64,000 nucleotides of DNA, from the NCBI RefSeq assembly GCF_045037415.1, contig NZ_CP173438.1; one strand, written 5' to 3'. Shown in pieces: positions 31,245 to 42,453 of this stretch. Below the pieces are notes generated by a model. The model ran no database searches. It had not been told where the DNA came from and worked only from the letters and a program-made list of their open reading frames with translations. Every line of letters starts with the position of its first letter. Position 1 is the first letter of the stretch. The translations under genes were made by a program, and so were the position numbers. The stretch comes from Escherichia coli. GTDB lineage: Bacteria > Pseudomonadota > Gammaproteobacteria > Enterobacterales > Enterobacteriaceae.

Positions 31245-32039
31245 TTATTGACCATTGTCGCCTTCGCGGGTTAGCCACCAGGCCCCCAGGATCGGCAAGG
31301 TTGTTACCAACATAACCAGCAGTGCCACCACGTTGGTTACCGGTACATCACGCGGTCGCCCAAGCTGATTGAGCAACCACAACGGTAACGTTCGTTCATG
31401 ACCTGCCGTAAAAGTCGTCACGATGATTTCATCGAACGACAAGGCAAACGCCAGCATTCCTCCAGCCAGTAACGCCGAACTGAGATTCGGCAACACTACG
31501 TAGCGGAAGGTTTGCCAGCCATTGGCCCCAAGATCCATTGACGCCTCAACCAGACTCCACGAGGTGCGGCGAAAACGGGCGATGACATTGTTAAACACCA
31601 CCACTACGCAAAAAGTCGCATGACCGACCACGATGGTGAAAAATCCTGGCTCCAGATTGATGGTTTTAAAGGCGGTTAATAGCGCCAGACCAGTGACAAT
31701 GCCCGGCAGCGCAATGGGCAGCAACAGTAACAGCGAAATGGCGTTTTTGCCGAAAAAGTCTCGTCGCCACAGCGCGGCAGCTGCCAGCGTCCCTAACACC
31801 AGCGCGATTAATGTCGCCAGCGCCGCCACTTTAAGTGACAGTGTCACGGCATCAAGGATATCACTACGCTGTGCTGCCACGCTAAACCAGCGCAGCGTCA
31901 GGCCTTGCGGTGGAAAACTAAACGCCGCATCTTCAGTGTTAAACGCATAGGCAGCGATAATCAGGATGGGAAAATGTAGGAAAACCACGCCGCCCCAGGC
32001 CGCCAGTTTGAGGAAAAACGGTGCGCGTTCAGAGTGCAT
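31245..32039 (-). CDS. ydcV: ABC transporter permease (264 aa)
   Basis: ORF 31245..32039; membrane permease, operon with ydcSTU. Confidence 0.85.
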
Positions 32040-32970
32040 CGAACGCTCCCAGACGTTTCACGAACGCCAGGTAAAGTGCGATGAGAACAATCGGCACCAG
32101 GGTGAATGCCGCCGCCATCGGCATATTGCCAATCGCCCCCTGCTGGGAATAAACCATATTGCCGATAAAATATCCTGGAGGGCCAACCAGCTGCGGGACA
32201 ATAAAATCGCCCAGCGTGAGTGAGAAGGTAAAGATAGAGCCAGCGGCAATACCCGGGATTGCCAGCGGCAGCACCACATAGCGAAAGGTTTGTCGTGGAC
32301 GTGCGCCAAGATCAGCCGACGCCTGCAACAATGACGGCGGCAAACGCTCAAGCGCCGCCTGCACCGGGAGGATCATGAACGGCAACCAGATATAGAGAAA
32401 CACCAGAAAGCGCCCCAGCCCGGAAGTTGACAGCGTATTACCTCCCACCGCCGGTAGCGTGAGGAACGCAGTCAGCAGTGGTTCCAGCCCCAGATGTTGT
32501 AAAAACCACTGCGCCACGCCATCTTTTGCCAGCAATAACGTCCAGGCATAGGCTTTAACAATGTAGCTCGCCCACATCGGCAACATTACCGCGATATAAA
32601 AAAACGCTTTCATTTTCCCGCTGGTATAGCGCGCCATATACCACGCCATTGGAAAAGCCAGAATGGCGCTGGCGATAGTGACTGCCACAGCCATGGTCAG
32701 CGTGCGGACAATGATGTCGTAATTCGCCGGATTAAACAGCGCGCGGATATTCGCCAGCGTCAGTTCCGGCGTTACCGACATGGTGAAATCGTCAAAGGTA
32801 TAAAAGCCCTGCCATAACAGCGTCAGCAGCGAGCCGAAATAGACAATGCCAAACCACATTAGCGGGCCAAGCAGCAGCAAAAACAGCCCCAGCCCCGGAT
32901 TACGCCAGAAGAAACCGGACACCTTACCCAGACCTGGACGTGAAGGTGATTGCAATACGTTCATCGCCAT
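32029..32970 (-). CDS. ydcU: ABC transporter permease (313 aa)
   Basis: ORF 32029..32970. Confidence 0.85.
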
Positions 32971-33984
32971 TCACCTCTCCTCAACCAGCGCCACCATCAC
33001 ATCACGTGACCAGGAAACCATCACCTGTTGTCCGGGCGTGAGCGTGGCAGGTAGCTCTTCGCCTGTCATATTGGCCTGACTCACCAGCAGTTTTTCACCG
33101 CCGTTCAATTTCAGTTCAAAACGGGTCGCTGCGCCCTGATATTGCACCGCCTGGATCGTGCCATTAGCCTGCATTTCGCCATGGGTGTTGAGGCGGATAT
33201 GTTCCGGTCGTAGTGCGAAGCTTCCCGTCATGCCACAAAGTTTCTCGGCCATTAGCGGATCAAAAACGTTGGATGTCCCGACGAATCCCGCAACAAACGG
33301 CGTGCGCGGGCGCATATAGAGATCGCGCGGAGAATCGACCTGTTCAATGCGTCCATTATTGAAAACCGCCACCCGATCGGACATCGATAACGCTTCGCCC
33401 TGATCGTGGGTAACGAAGATAAAAGTGATACCGAGAGACTGTTGCAGCTTTTTCAGCTCAAGCTGCATTTGCTCTCGCAATTTGAGATCCAGCGCGCCGA
33501 GCGGTTCATCCAGCAACAACACACGCGGTTCGTTCACCAGTGCTCTGGCGATAGCAACCCGCTGGCGCTGACCACCAGAAAGTTGTGACGGTTTACGTTG
33601 CTGTACAAACCCCAACGCCACTTTCTCAAGCGCCTCTTGCGCCATTGCATGCCGCTGCTTTTTATTCACGCCTTTGACCATCAGCCCGTAGGCTACGTTG
33701 TCAAGAATCGACATATGCGGAAATAGCGCGTAGTCCTGGAAGACAGTATTCACGTCCCGCTCCCACGGTGGCAGATTGCTGGCGGGCGTACCAAAAATAG
33801 AGATAGCCCCGCCGGAAAGCTGTTCGAATCCAGCAATCAGGCGCAGGCAAGTGGTTTTGCCGGAGCCGGACGGCCCCAGCATAGAGAAGAACTCACCATC
33901 TTTTATCGCAATACTGACGCCATCTACTGCGCGCACGTCACCGTACAACCGTGAGACGTTGTCAAACTCCACTGCGTACGTCAT
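32971..33984 (-). CDS. ydcT: ABC transporter ATP-binding protein (337 aa)
   Basis: ORF 32971..33984; Walker A GPSGSGKTT, signature LSGGQRQR. Confidence 0.9.
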   Translation of the reverse strand: MTYAVEFDNVSRLYGDVRAVDGVSIAIKDGEFFSMLGPSGSGKTTCLRLIAGFEQLSGGAISIFGTPASNLPPWERDVNTVFQDYALFPHMSILDNVAYGLMVKGVNKKQRHAMAQEALEKVALGFVQQRKPSQLSGGQRQRVAIARALVNEPRVLLLDEPLGALDLKLREQMQLELKKLQQSLGITFIFVTHDQGEALSMSDRVAVFNNGRIEQVDSPRDLYMRPRTPFVAGFVGTSNVFDPLMAEKLCGMTGSFALRPEHIRLNTHGEMQANGTIQAVQYQGAATRFELKLNGGEKLLVSQANMTGEELPATLTPGQQVMVSWSRDVMVALVEER

Positions 33985-34001
33985 AAAACACCCCAGCGAA
34001 G

Positions 34002-35147
34002 TTAGCGACCGCCCATAATGGCAATGTAATCCTGCGTCCAGCGACTGTAGGGAACAAACTTGCCCCCTTCTGCTACAGGCGTTTTCCAGAAGGCGATTTT
34101 ATCGAAATAGTTAAAACCGTTTGTTTCACAACCTTTCTCGCCTAATAACGGACTGGCTTTACACCCTTGCGGCACTACTGGTAACGAGCCAAACCAGGCC
34201 GCCACATCGCCCTGCACTTTTGGGGTTAATGACCAGTTCATCCATTTGTAGGCGCAAACCGGATGTTTCGCTTCGCTATGTAGCATGGTGGTGTCAGCCC
34301 AACCGGTAACGCCCTCCTTCGGGAAAACGGTAGCGACAGGCTGGCCTTCGGCTTTCAGGGCGTTGGCCTGATAGGGCCATGCACTGGAAGCAACCACACC
34401 CTCGTTTTTGAAATCGCTCATTTGCACGGTAGTGTCATGCCAGTAGCGATGGATCAAACTATGTTGATCGCGCAGCACTTTCAGCACCGCCTGGTACTGT
34501 TCTTCGGTGAGTTGATACGGATCACTGATGCCCAACTGCGGCTGAGTGGCTTTAACGAACAACGCAGCGTCCGCAATGTAGATAGGGCCATCATAAGCCT
34601 GAACGCGGCCTTTATTGCTCTTGCCGTCCGGCAGATTCTGCTCAACAAAAACCACTTGCCAGCTATCCGGCGGCGTCGGGAAGGTTTTAGTGTTGTACAT
34701 CAACAGGTTCGGACCCCATTGGTAAGGTGTGCCATAAACTTTGCCACTAACGTTAAACCAGTCGCCTTTAACCACGCGCGGATCGAGCGTTTTCCAGTTG
34801 GGAATCAAGGCGGTATTAATTGGCTGCACGCGTTTGCCCATAATCAAACGCAGCGAGGCATCGCCGGATGCCGTAACCAGATCGTAACCCCCTTTGGCCA
34901 TCAGACTGACCATTTCATCGGAAGTCGCGGCGGTTTTAACATTCACCGCGCAGCCTGTCTCTTTTTCGAATTGCGTTACCCAGTCGTACTGTTTATCAGT
35001 TTGTCCGCGTTCGATGTATCCCGGCCAGGCGATAATATCCAGTCGCCCTTCCGGATTCTCTAAATTGGTAGGCGGTTCGGCGGCGTGAGCGGTCATTATT
35101 GTCATGCTGAGCGCACACAGGCTGCTGCGGGCAAATGTCTTGCTCAT
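34002..35147 (-). CDS. ydcS: Periplasmic polyamine-type substrate-binding protein (381 aa)
   Basis: ORF 34002..35147; signal peptide; aggag SD. Confidence 0.85.
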   Translation of the reverse strand: MSKTFARSSLCALSMTIMTAHAAEPPTNLENPEGRLDIIAWPGYIERGQTDKQYDWVTQFEKETGCAVNVKTAATSDEMVSLMAKGGYDLVTASGDASLRLIMGKRVQPINTALIPNWKTLDPRVVKGDWFNVSGKVYGTPYQWGPNLLMYNTKTFPTPPDSWQVVFVEQNLPDGKSNKGRVQAYDGPIYIADAALFVKATQPQLGISDPYQLTEEQYQAVLKVLRDQHSLIHRYWHDTTVQMSDFKNEGVVASSAWPYQANALKAEGQPVATVFPKEGVTGWADTTMLHSEAKHPVCAYKWMNWSLTPKVQGDVAAWFGSLPVVPQGCKASPLLGEKGCETNGFNYFDKIAFWKTPVAEGGKFVPYSRWTQDYIAIMGGR

Positions 35148-35391
35148 AAGGTCTTACTCCTGTCGTAATTAATTGTTCAGCCGCCGTGCCGTAAAAATAT
35201 CTCCTTGTTTAACCATAGACGGCGGCTTGCAGGCACACCTTCGGCCCTGAGAAAATTTAATCAGGTTGTGAGCTACCGCGCATTATGCCGTCTGTAAGGT
35301 TATCTTCTGGAGTATAGACAAGGAGTTAGGATATATGACTGCTATTCGAAATTCATATTACCCAACCTGAGAGGAATTAAATTAAACGCTA

Positions 35392-36798
35392 TTACAGCCG
35401 TTCTTGAATAAGTTTGCCTAATTGTTTTACCGCCTGTTCTTCACGTTCTCCCCACTGCCACGCGGTATTAAAACGAAAAAAACGTGACCAGTTTTCACCG
35501 GTAGAAAACATATTACCCGGCGCAATACTGATATGATGCGTCAGTGCCACCAGGCTTAATTCTCCTGCATCTAACGGCTCGGGGAGCTCCAGCCAGAGAA
35601 AATAACCGCTGTCATTGTGATGAATTTTGACTTCCGCAGGCAGATAACGCAGCAAAGCCTGCCAGGCGCGTTGTTTACGTTCCGCAAGCTGGCGACGCAG
35701 GCGACGAAGATGAGCATCGTATCGGCGAGTAGAAAGGTAATCCACCAGCGCAAGCTGCATCGGTGAGCTGGTGGAAAGCGTACTCATCAACTGCAAGCGT
35801 TGAATTTTACGTGCATGTTTTCCGGCGGCGACCCAACCAATACGAAAACCAGGCACCAGACATTTCGAAAACGAAGAGCAATGCAAAACACCATCGTGGC
35901 GATCCCACGCTTTCGCAGGCAGCGGTTTTTCCCGTCCAAAATAAAGTTCGCTATAAACGTCATCTTCAATCAGCGTTACGTTGTACTGATTGAGCAACGC
36001 TACCAGCCGCACTTTTTTCTGCGGCGTTAAGGTAAATCCAAGTGGGTTCTGGCTATTAGTCATCAGCCAGCACGCTTTCACCGGATACTCCTGCAACGCC
36101 AGTTCCAGCGCCTGAAGATCGATCCCTTCTTTAATATCCGTCGCTACCGATAACGCCTTCAGCCGTAACCGCTCCAGCGCCTGCAACGCGCCGTAGAAAC
36201 AAGGATTCTCTACTATCACCCAATCGCCCGGTTCAGTTACCGCTTGCAAACTGAGGTTTAATGCCTCTAACGCCCCGGCGGTAATGACAATTTCATCAGG
36301 AGAAATGGTGATGCCCTGTAAGGCATAGCGACGAGCAATAGCCTGACGCAGTTCTGCGTTTCCTGGCGGTAAGTTTTCAATCACGCTCATCGCCGTGGCG
36401 GTTTTGCTTACCTGCGCCAGCGAGCGGTTTAGTTGTTGGAGGGGGAAAAGTCGCGGGTCGGGAAAGGCCGAGGCAAACGGAACTACCGACGGATCGCGAC
36501 TGGCCTGCAACATATCAAAAATATAGGTGTTGATATCGACTGCTTCATCTCGTGTGACTGGAATGACTGTCGCTTTCGGCATTTTTATTGCCTGTGGCGC
36601 AACGTAATAACCCGATTGCGGTCGCGCGATAATATATCCCTGACTTTCGAGCAACTGATAGGCATGGCTGACAGTCATAAAGCTCATGCCAGAAAGCGCC
36701 ACCTGGTCACGCAACGAAGGCAAACGATCGCCGGGTTGCCAGATACCCGACGCAATCTGCTCGCGTAATTGTTCTGCAAGCTGCTGGTATTTTTTCAT
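35392..36798 (-). CDS. ydcR: MocR/GntR-family regulator fused to aminotransferase-like domain (468 aa)
   Basis: ORF 35392..36798; N-terminal HTH, C-terminal PLP-fold domain. Confidence 0.85.
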   Translation of the reverse strand: MKKYQQLAEQLREQIASGIWQPGDRLPSLRDQVALSGMSFMTVSHAYQLLESQGYIIARPQSGYYVAPQAIKMPKATVIPVTRDEAVDINTYIFDMLQASRDPSVVPFASAFPDPRLFPLQQLNRSLAQVSKTATAMSVIENLPPGNAELRQAIARRYALQGITISPDEIVITAGALEALNLSLQAVTEPGDWVIVENPCFYGALQALERLRLKALSVATDIKEGIDLQALELALQEYPVKACWLMTNSQNPLGFTLTPQKKVRLVALLNQYNVTLIEDDVYSELYFGREKPLPAKAWDRHDGVLHCSSFSKCLVPGFRIGWVAAGKHARKIQRLQLMSTLSTSSPMQLALVDYLSTRRYDAHLRRLRRQLAERKQRAWQALLRYLPAEVKIHHNDSGYFLWLELPEPLDAGELSLVALTHHISIAPGNMFSTGENWSRFFRFNTAWQWGEREEQAVKQLGKLIQERL

Positions 36799-36876
36799 TA
36801 TCGAATCGTAATTATGTGCAGATGATTCGGCAGTCTATATCAGTTGTTAAAAATGACAACTTTTCGTTAACTGTAA

Positions 36877-37116
<240 letters not shown>

Positions 37117-37291
37117 TTACCTCCGTGTGTAATGTGCTCGAAAATAGCACTAAATCGCCGCAACGGCAGAATTCAATGCAAAATCAGGAAGGAAGATTCC
37201 AGAATTTCTTTGCTCTAATTTGCAAAACTGAATAATAACCTCAAGAAACGATCGGCATCATAGCGGCAAAAGGTTAGAAAAAGGTGGCGGG

Positions 37292-37522
37292 ATGTTTTCG
37301 AAGGCGTTATCGGTTGTCTTATTAACGTGTGCACTGTTCTCAGGACAACTCATGGCAGGGCACAAAGGACATGAATTTATGTGGGTAAAGAATGTGGATC
37401 ATCAGCTGCGTCATGAAGCGGACAGCGATGAATTGCGTGCTGTGGCGGAAGAGTCGGCGGAAGGTTTGCGCGAGCATTTTTACTGGCAAAAATCGCGCAA
37501 ACCAGAAGCGGGACAGCGTTGA
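37292..37522 (+). CDS. yncJ: Small secreted protein YncJ (76 aa)
   Basis: ORF 37292..37522; signal peptide MFSKALSVVLLTCALFSGQLMA. Confidence 0.8.
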   Translation: MFSKALSVVLLTCALFSGQLMAGHKGHEFMWVKNVDHQLRHEADSDELRAVAEESAEGLREHFYWQKSRKPEAGQR

Positions 37523-37534
37523 GTCATTTGTTGC

Positions 37535-37565
37535 CGGATGCGGCATGACGCCTTACCCGGCAGGC
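37535..37565. repeat. REP-like palindromic element between yncJ and ydcP
   Basis: ttgccggatgcggcatgacgccttacccggcagg resembles the REP consensus. Confidence 0.4.
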
Positions 37566-37613
37566 AATATCATGCAGATTTGATGAGTGGTGAGTAACCC
37601 GAAAACTGGCGTT

Positions 37614-39575
37614 TTACCCTTTTCGCTTCGGCAATGTTTTCAGCAGATCATCCGGACTTACGGATGCCACTACGCTTCCCGGTAACGGCATTTTCAGTAT
37701 GTGATTTTTGATTTTGCCAATGACGTGCATCTCGCATGGGCGGCAATCAAACTTTAGCGTTAATACTTCATCGCCGTTAACCAGTTGCATTGGCGTCGCC
37801 TTCCAGCTTTTGATATTGCCTTTCGCCTGTTTCGGGCACAGATTGAAGGCAAAGCGCAGACAATGCTTGGTGATCATCACCGGGACTTCGCCCTTCTCTT
37901 CATGTGCCTCATACGCCGCGTCAATCAGTTGCACACCATAGCGATGATAAAATTCACGCGCTTTCTGGTTGTATACGTTCGCGAGGAAACTCAGATGCGT
38001 TTGCGGATAAACCGGCGCAGGATCAGCAACCGGTTTACGGCTGCCGCGCTGGTAACTGGCAAGACGCGCAGCATCAAGCATATCGGCGGCTTCACGGCGG
38101 AACTGGTTTAACAGACTGTTTGGTACAAACAGCGCCCCCGGCAAATTAATTTGCACATTGCGGGCGTAATAGATGGTTTGCCCCAGTTTTGTCAGACCAT
38201 CCTTCAGATTGTTCATTGCTTTTTCGGCGTTATTGGCTTCGTCGAACTGCCCGTCCAGCGTATGCGTGACGCTGACGCCCTCTTCACTGGTCAGGGTCAG
38301 AATCAGTTGTTCCTGCCAGCCGCCCAGTTCAATGTCTACCGCCACCCGACGTTCGCTGGAGGTTTTTGTCAGTGCCTGGTGCCAGTTATGATCAAGATTA
38401 CGGTTTAGTGGGTGATGCGGGCGAATTTTGTGCAAATCTGCTGGCATTTCATTTGGCCAGACGCGGTACTGATTTTCTCCGGTTTTCTCTACCGTATTGG
38501 CACGAAAACCGACGACTTCACGTTTAATCATCACGTTCAGGCCATCGCCATTTGCCAGTGGCTCGGTAACGGCAACATCAATATGATCTTTCGCTACTTT
38601 CAATACTTCGCCCACCGGCAGGCCGATAAATTTCGGCGAATCGAACGCGCCAATATCGCCTTTACGGGCATTCACAAAATAATCTGTGCTACCACGGTGG
38701 AAAGTCTTTTCCGTCGATGGAACAAAGAAATGTTCAGTACGACCTGATGAAGCGCGCGCCAGATCGCCACGTTCTTCAATAATGGCATCCAGCATCTGGC
38801 GATAATGGGCGGTGATATTCTTCACGTAGCTCATATCTTTGTAACGCCCTTCAATCTTGAAGGAGCGTACGCCAGCATCAATCAGCGCGCCGAGGTTGGC
38901 AGTCTGATCGTTATCTTTCATCGACAGCAGATGTTTTTCATAGGAAACCACCCGCCCCTGATCGTCTTTCAATGTGTATGGCAAACGGCACGCCTGCGAG
39001 CAATCGCCACGGTTGGCGCTACGCCCTGTTTGCGCATGAGAAATGTAGCACTGACCCGAATAGGCCACGCACAATGCGCCATGAATAAAGAATTCAATGG
39101 TCGCGTTCGTGGCCTGGTGAATCGCGCGGATCTGCTCAAGATTCAGTTCTCGCGCCAGCACAATCTGCGTGAAGCCAACATCAGAGAGGAACTTCGCTTT
39201 TTCTACTGTACGAATATCGCACTGCGTACTGGCGTGCAGTTCAATCGGCGGAATATCAAGTTCCAGAATCCCCATATCCTGAACAATCAGCGCATCGACA
39301 CCGGTCTGGTAGAGGTCAGTAATCAGCCGTTGCGCGGGTTCCAGCTCATCATCATGCAAAATGGTGTTAAGCGTGACGAAAATTTTTGCACCATAACGAT
39401 GGGCAAACGGCACCAACTCGGCAATATCTTTCAGGCTATTACTGGCATTATGACGGGCACCAAAACCAGGGCCGCCGATATAAACAGCATCGGCACCGTG
39501 CAAAATAGCTTCGCGGGCAATGGCGGCATCGCGTGCCGGGCTTAACAGTTCAAGACGATGAGAAGATACGGTCAC
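37614..39575 (-). CDS. rlhA: U32-family peptidase-like protein / 23S rRNA 5-hydroxycytidine synthase (653 aa from internal GTG; ORF extends to 39617)
   Basis: ORF 37614..39617 (667 codons, GTG start); start at GTG 39575 gives the 653-aa length I recall for YdcP/RlhA. Confidence 0.8.
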   Translation of the reverse strand: MTVSSHRLELLSPARDAAIAREAILHGADAVYIGGPGFGARHNASNSLKDIAELVPFAHRYGAKIFVTLNTILHDDELEPAQRLITDLYQTGVDALIVQDMGILELDIPPIELHASTQCDIRTVEKAKFLSDVGFTQIVLARELNLEQIRAIHQATNATIEFFIHGALCVAYSGQCYISHAQTGRSANRGDCSQACRLPYTLKDDQGRVVSYEKHLLSMKDNDQTANLGALIDAGVRSFKIEGRYKDMSYVKNITAHYRQMLDAIIEERGDLARASSGRTEHFFVPSTEKTFHRGSTDYFVNARKGDIGAFDSPKFIGLPVGEVLKVAKDHIDVAVTEPLANGDGLNVMIKREVVGFRANTVEKTGENQYRVWPNEMPADLHKIRPHHPLNRNLDHNWHQALTKTSSERRVAVDIELGGWQEQLILTLTSEEGVSVTHTLDGQFDEANNAEKAMNNLKDGLTKLGQTIYYARNVQINLPGALFVPNSLLNQFRREAADMLDAARLASYQRGSRKPVADPAPVYPQTHLSFLANVYNQKAREFYHRYGVQLIDAAYEAHEEKGEVPVMITKHCLRFAFNLCPKQAKGNIKSWKATPMQLVNGDEVLTLKFDCRPCEMHVIGKIKNHILKMPLPGSVVASVSPDDLLKTLPKRKG

Positions 39576-39647
39576 TTTCTTATCCAGTAGCTGAAAAATG
39601 GCGGCTATTTTAGCCACAAGCGCGACGTTGCGAAATAGTTTTCCCGC

Positions 39648-40184
39648 TTAACTGCGCGGGTAATGGATGAGGGAATGAAAATGTACGGTTTGCTCCCCAC
39701 CATTACGATAGACATGCGTGACGTCTGCAGCAAATCGAACGCCTTCCCCACAATTAAGGCTCTGCCATTCACCATCAACACACAGATCAAGTTGTCCATC
39801 AATGACGACGACATGTTCGATTACCCCCTTTTCATGGGGCATCGATTCGCTTATTGCACCGGGTGCCATCTGAATCGAGAAGTGTTCAAAGCAGAGTTGT
39901 GGATCATAAGGAAACAGCGAAGTGATCACCATCGCCTGCCGTTGTGGATCATAAACTGAAGGCGTAGCGGACTGCGGCGGAGAAATAAATGTTGAAAATG
40001 GCACGTTCAACCCGGTGGCAATTTTCCATAATGTCGCGACCGTCGGGCTGGATTCATTACGCTCAATCTGCCCTAACATCGCTTTAGAAACGCCCGTCGC
40101 TTCTGCCAGTCGCGAAAGACTCCAGCCGCGCTGCTGACGTAGTTGTTTAAGTGTGGTGGATAAAAAACGAGCGAGATTTTCCAT
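39648..40184 (-). CDS. ydcN: XRE-HTH plus cupin-domain regulator (178 aa)
   Basis: ORF 39648..40184; N-terminal HTH (LSRLAEATGVSKAMLGQIER). Confidence 0.85.
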   Translation of the reverse strand: MENLARFLSTTLKQLRQQRGWSLSRLAEATGVSKAMLGQIERNESSPTVATLWKIATGLNVPFSTFISPPQSATPSVYDPQRQAMVITSLFPYDPQLCFEHFSIQMAPGAISESMPHEKGVIEHVVVIDGQLDLCVDGEWQSLNCGEGVRFAADVTHVYRNGGEQTVHFHSLIHYPRS

Positions 40185-40275
40185 GCGACTCCTCCGGCAA
40201 AACGGAAGTTTATCACTTGTGCGTTATAACGGACAAATGCTACGGTACCTGTACGTTATAACGCACGAGGTGACT

Positions 40276-41448
40276 ATGCGTCTGTTTTCTATTCCTCCAC
40301 CCACGCTACTGGCGGGGTTTCTGGCGGTATTAATTGGCTACGCCAGTTCAGCGGCAATAATCTGGCAAGCAGCGATTGTCGCCGGAGCCACCACTGCACA
40401 AATCTCTGGCTGGATGACGGCGCTGGGGCTGGCAATGGGCGTCAGTACGCTGACTCTGACATTATGGTATCGCGTACCTGTTCTCACCGCATGGTCAACG
40501 CCTGGCGCGGCTTTGTTGGTCACCGGATTGCAGGAACTAACACTTAACGAAGCCATCGGCGTTTTTATTGTCACCAACGCGTTAATAGTCCTCTGCGGCA
40601 TAACGGGACTCTTTGCTCGTCTGATGCGCATTATTCCGCACTCGCTTGCGGCGGCAATGCTTGCCGGGATTTTATTACGTTTTGGTTTACAGGCGTTTGC
40701 CAGTCTGGATGGTCAATTTACGTTGTGTGGCAGTATGTTGCTGGCATGGCTGGCAGCCAAGGCCGTTGCGCCGCGCTATGCGGTAATTGCCGCGATGATT
40801 ATTGGGATCGTCATCGTTACCGCGCAAGGTGACGTTGTTACAACTGATATTGTCTTTAAACCCGTTCTCCCCACTTATATTACCCCTGATTTTTCGTTTG
40901 CTCACAGTCTGAGCGTTGCACTCCCCCTTTTTCTGGTGACGATGGCATCGCAAAACGCACCGGGTATCGCAGCAATGAAAGCAGCCGGGTATTCGGCTCC
41001 TGTTTCGCCGTTGATTGTGTTTACTGGATTGCTGGCACTGTTTTTTTCCCCTTTCGGCGTTTATTCCGTCGGTATTGCGGCAATCACCGCGGCTATTTGC
41101 CAAAGCCCGGAAGCGCATCCGGATAAAGATCAACGTTGGCTGGCCGCTGCCGTTGCCGGCATTTTTTATTTGATCGCAGGTCTGTTTGGTAGTGCCATTA
41201 CCGGGATGATGGCTGCCCTGCCCGTAAGTTGGATCCAGATGCTGGCAGGTCTTGCGCTGTTGAGTACCATTGGCGGCAGTTTGTATCAGGCGCTGCATAA
41301 TGAGCGTGAGCGCGACGCGGCGGTGGTGGCATTTCTGGTAACGGCAAGTGGATTGACGCTGTTCGGGATTGGTTCTGCGTTTTGGGGATTAATTGCCGGA
41401 GGCGTTTGTTACGTGGTGTTGAATTTAATCGCTAACAGAAACCGATAA
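40276..41448 (+). CDS. ydcO: BenE-family inner membrane transporter (390 aa)
   Basis: ORF 40153..41448 trimmed to ATG 40276 (MRLFSIPPPTLLAGFLAVLIGY). Confidence 0.83.
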   Translation: MRLFSIPPPTLLAGFLAVLIGYASSAAIIWQAAIVAGATTAQISGWMTALGLAMGVSTLTLTLWYRVPVLTAWSTPGAALLVTGLQELTLNEAIGVFIVTNALIVLCGITGLFARLMRIIPHSLAAAMLAGILLRFGLQAFASLDGQFTLCGSMLLAWLAAKAVAPRYAVIAAMIIGIVIVTAQGDVVTTDIVFKPVLPTYITPDFSFAHSLSVALPLFLVTMASQNAPGIAAMKAAGYSAPVSPLIVFTGLLALFFSPFGVYSVGIAAITAAICQSPEAHPDKDQRWLAAAVAGIFYLIAGLFGSAITGMMAALPVSWIQMLAGLALLSTIGGSLYQALHNERERDAAVVAFLVTASGLTLFGIGSAFWGLIAGGVCYVVLNLIANRNR

Positions 41449-41455
41449 TAAAAAG

Positions 41456-41475
41456 CGCCATCTAACGATGGCGCG
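41456..41475. terminator. Bidirectional terminator between convergent ydcO and ydcL
   Basis: stem gcgccatc/gatggcgc with taac loop; minus-strand U-run (ttttatt). Confidence 0.6.
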
Positions 41476-41482
41476 TCTGGAA

Positions 41483-42151
41483 CTACTTTTTGTTAACGTC
41501 AAACATGGTGGCATCGGTCGCCATGTCATCAATAACTTGTTTAATATTTTCGAAAGCCATTGGCGTACTTTCGTTATTCAGGTCTTTACCTTCGCCCTGA
41601 CGAACGACTTTGATAACCGGTTTATTAGTCGCTGCATCAATCAGCTCACCTTCAAAATACAAGCGAGTATCCATGGTACGGTGGCCTGTAGCCATTTGCG
41701 TCCCCGCAACCACTAATGCAACAGGAACCACTTCATAGAATTGCAGCCCTTCTTTGCTGGTATCTACACCGGTAATGGCCCCACGGAAAATCAGACTACG
41801 CGGCCCAGCGGTGGTAACCAGTGGTTTACGCTGCGCTATCGCTTCTTTCATTTCGGTGTTGGTATAGTTCAAAATTTTATCCAGAACTTTCTGCCCTACC
41901 TGGGTAGAAGGTTTCGGTACCGGATAATAAGTGATTGGGTTCCAGACGATGCTGTCATATTTGCTTTGATCAAAACTCGGGTCTACCCAACGTAAAACAG
42001 GTTTACCTGTTGCCGAGGTTGTTTCTTTTAAATCAGAGTAATTGTTTAAAAAACCAGAATATTTATCTGGCTGGGTGATTTTAGAGGCACAACCAGACAG
42101 AGCCAACAAGCCGCATAAAGCTGCAACTTTCGCAAATGATGTGGTACGCAT
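41483..42151 (-). CDS. ydcL: Lipoprotein YdcL (222 aa)
   Basis: ORF 41483..42151; signal peptide with lipobox LSGC. Confidence 0.85.
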   Translation of the reverse strand: MRTTSFAKVAALCGLLALSGCASKITQPDKYSGFLNNYSDLKETTSATGKPVLRWVDPSFDQSKYDSIVWNPITYYPVPKPSTQVGQKVLDKILNYTNTEMKEAIAQRKPLVTTAGPRSLIFRGAITGVDTSKEGLQFYEVVPVALVVAGTQMATGHRTMDTRLYFEGELIDAATNKPVIKVVRQGEGKDLNNESTPMAFENIKQVIDDMATDATMFDVNKK

Positions 42152-42453
42152 GAATAGTTTCCTGAGATGATTATATTACTTTTTAAGTTATAGCAAAAAG
42201 CGCCGCTTCGTGTTGTGGCAAAAAAAGTGTTGGTGAAAATAAATTTTTTAGCCCCTTTTCAGACGACATAGTCAATGCCGAAAAAGGGGCTAAGTCAATC
42301 ATCAGTAGTTAAATTTCAGTACGTTAAGCGGCTAAAAAACTTCGACTACTGTGATTAATTTCACATCCCTTCGATAAAAAATATGCTTACCGAAAAGAAG
42401 AACAGTAAACCATCTCAGCGTGGGGAATTTTCACGCGCTTTGTTCTTACCGGA

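Noticed and set aside
35326-35361. 11-codon mini-ORF (MTAIRNSYYPT) with aaggag SD in the ydcS-ydcR intergenic region
   Set aside because: On the strand opposite to both flanking genes, very short, no supporting context; likely a chance SD-ATG.
38805-39545. 246-aa plus-strand ORF and several others inside ydcP/rlhA
   Set aside because: Antisense to a well-supported U32-family gene.
40687-41298. 203-aa minus-strand ORF inside ydcO
   Set aside because: Antisense shadow ORF, Cys/Arg/Gln-rich, no domain resemblance.
42250-42291. Long hairpin (agcccctttt...aaaaggggct, 10-bp stem) between ydcL and tehB
   Set aside because: As a tehB terminator it is followed by an A run rather than a U run on the transcribed strand; kept only as a possible structure, not called.
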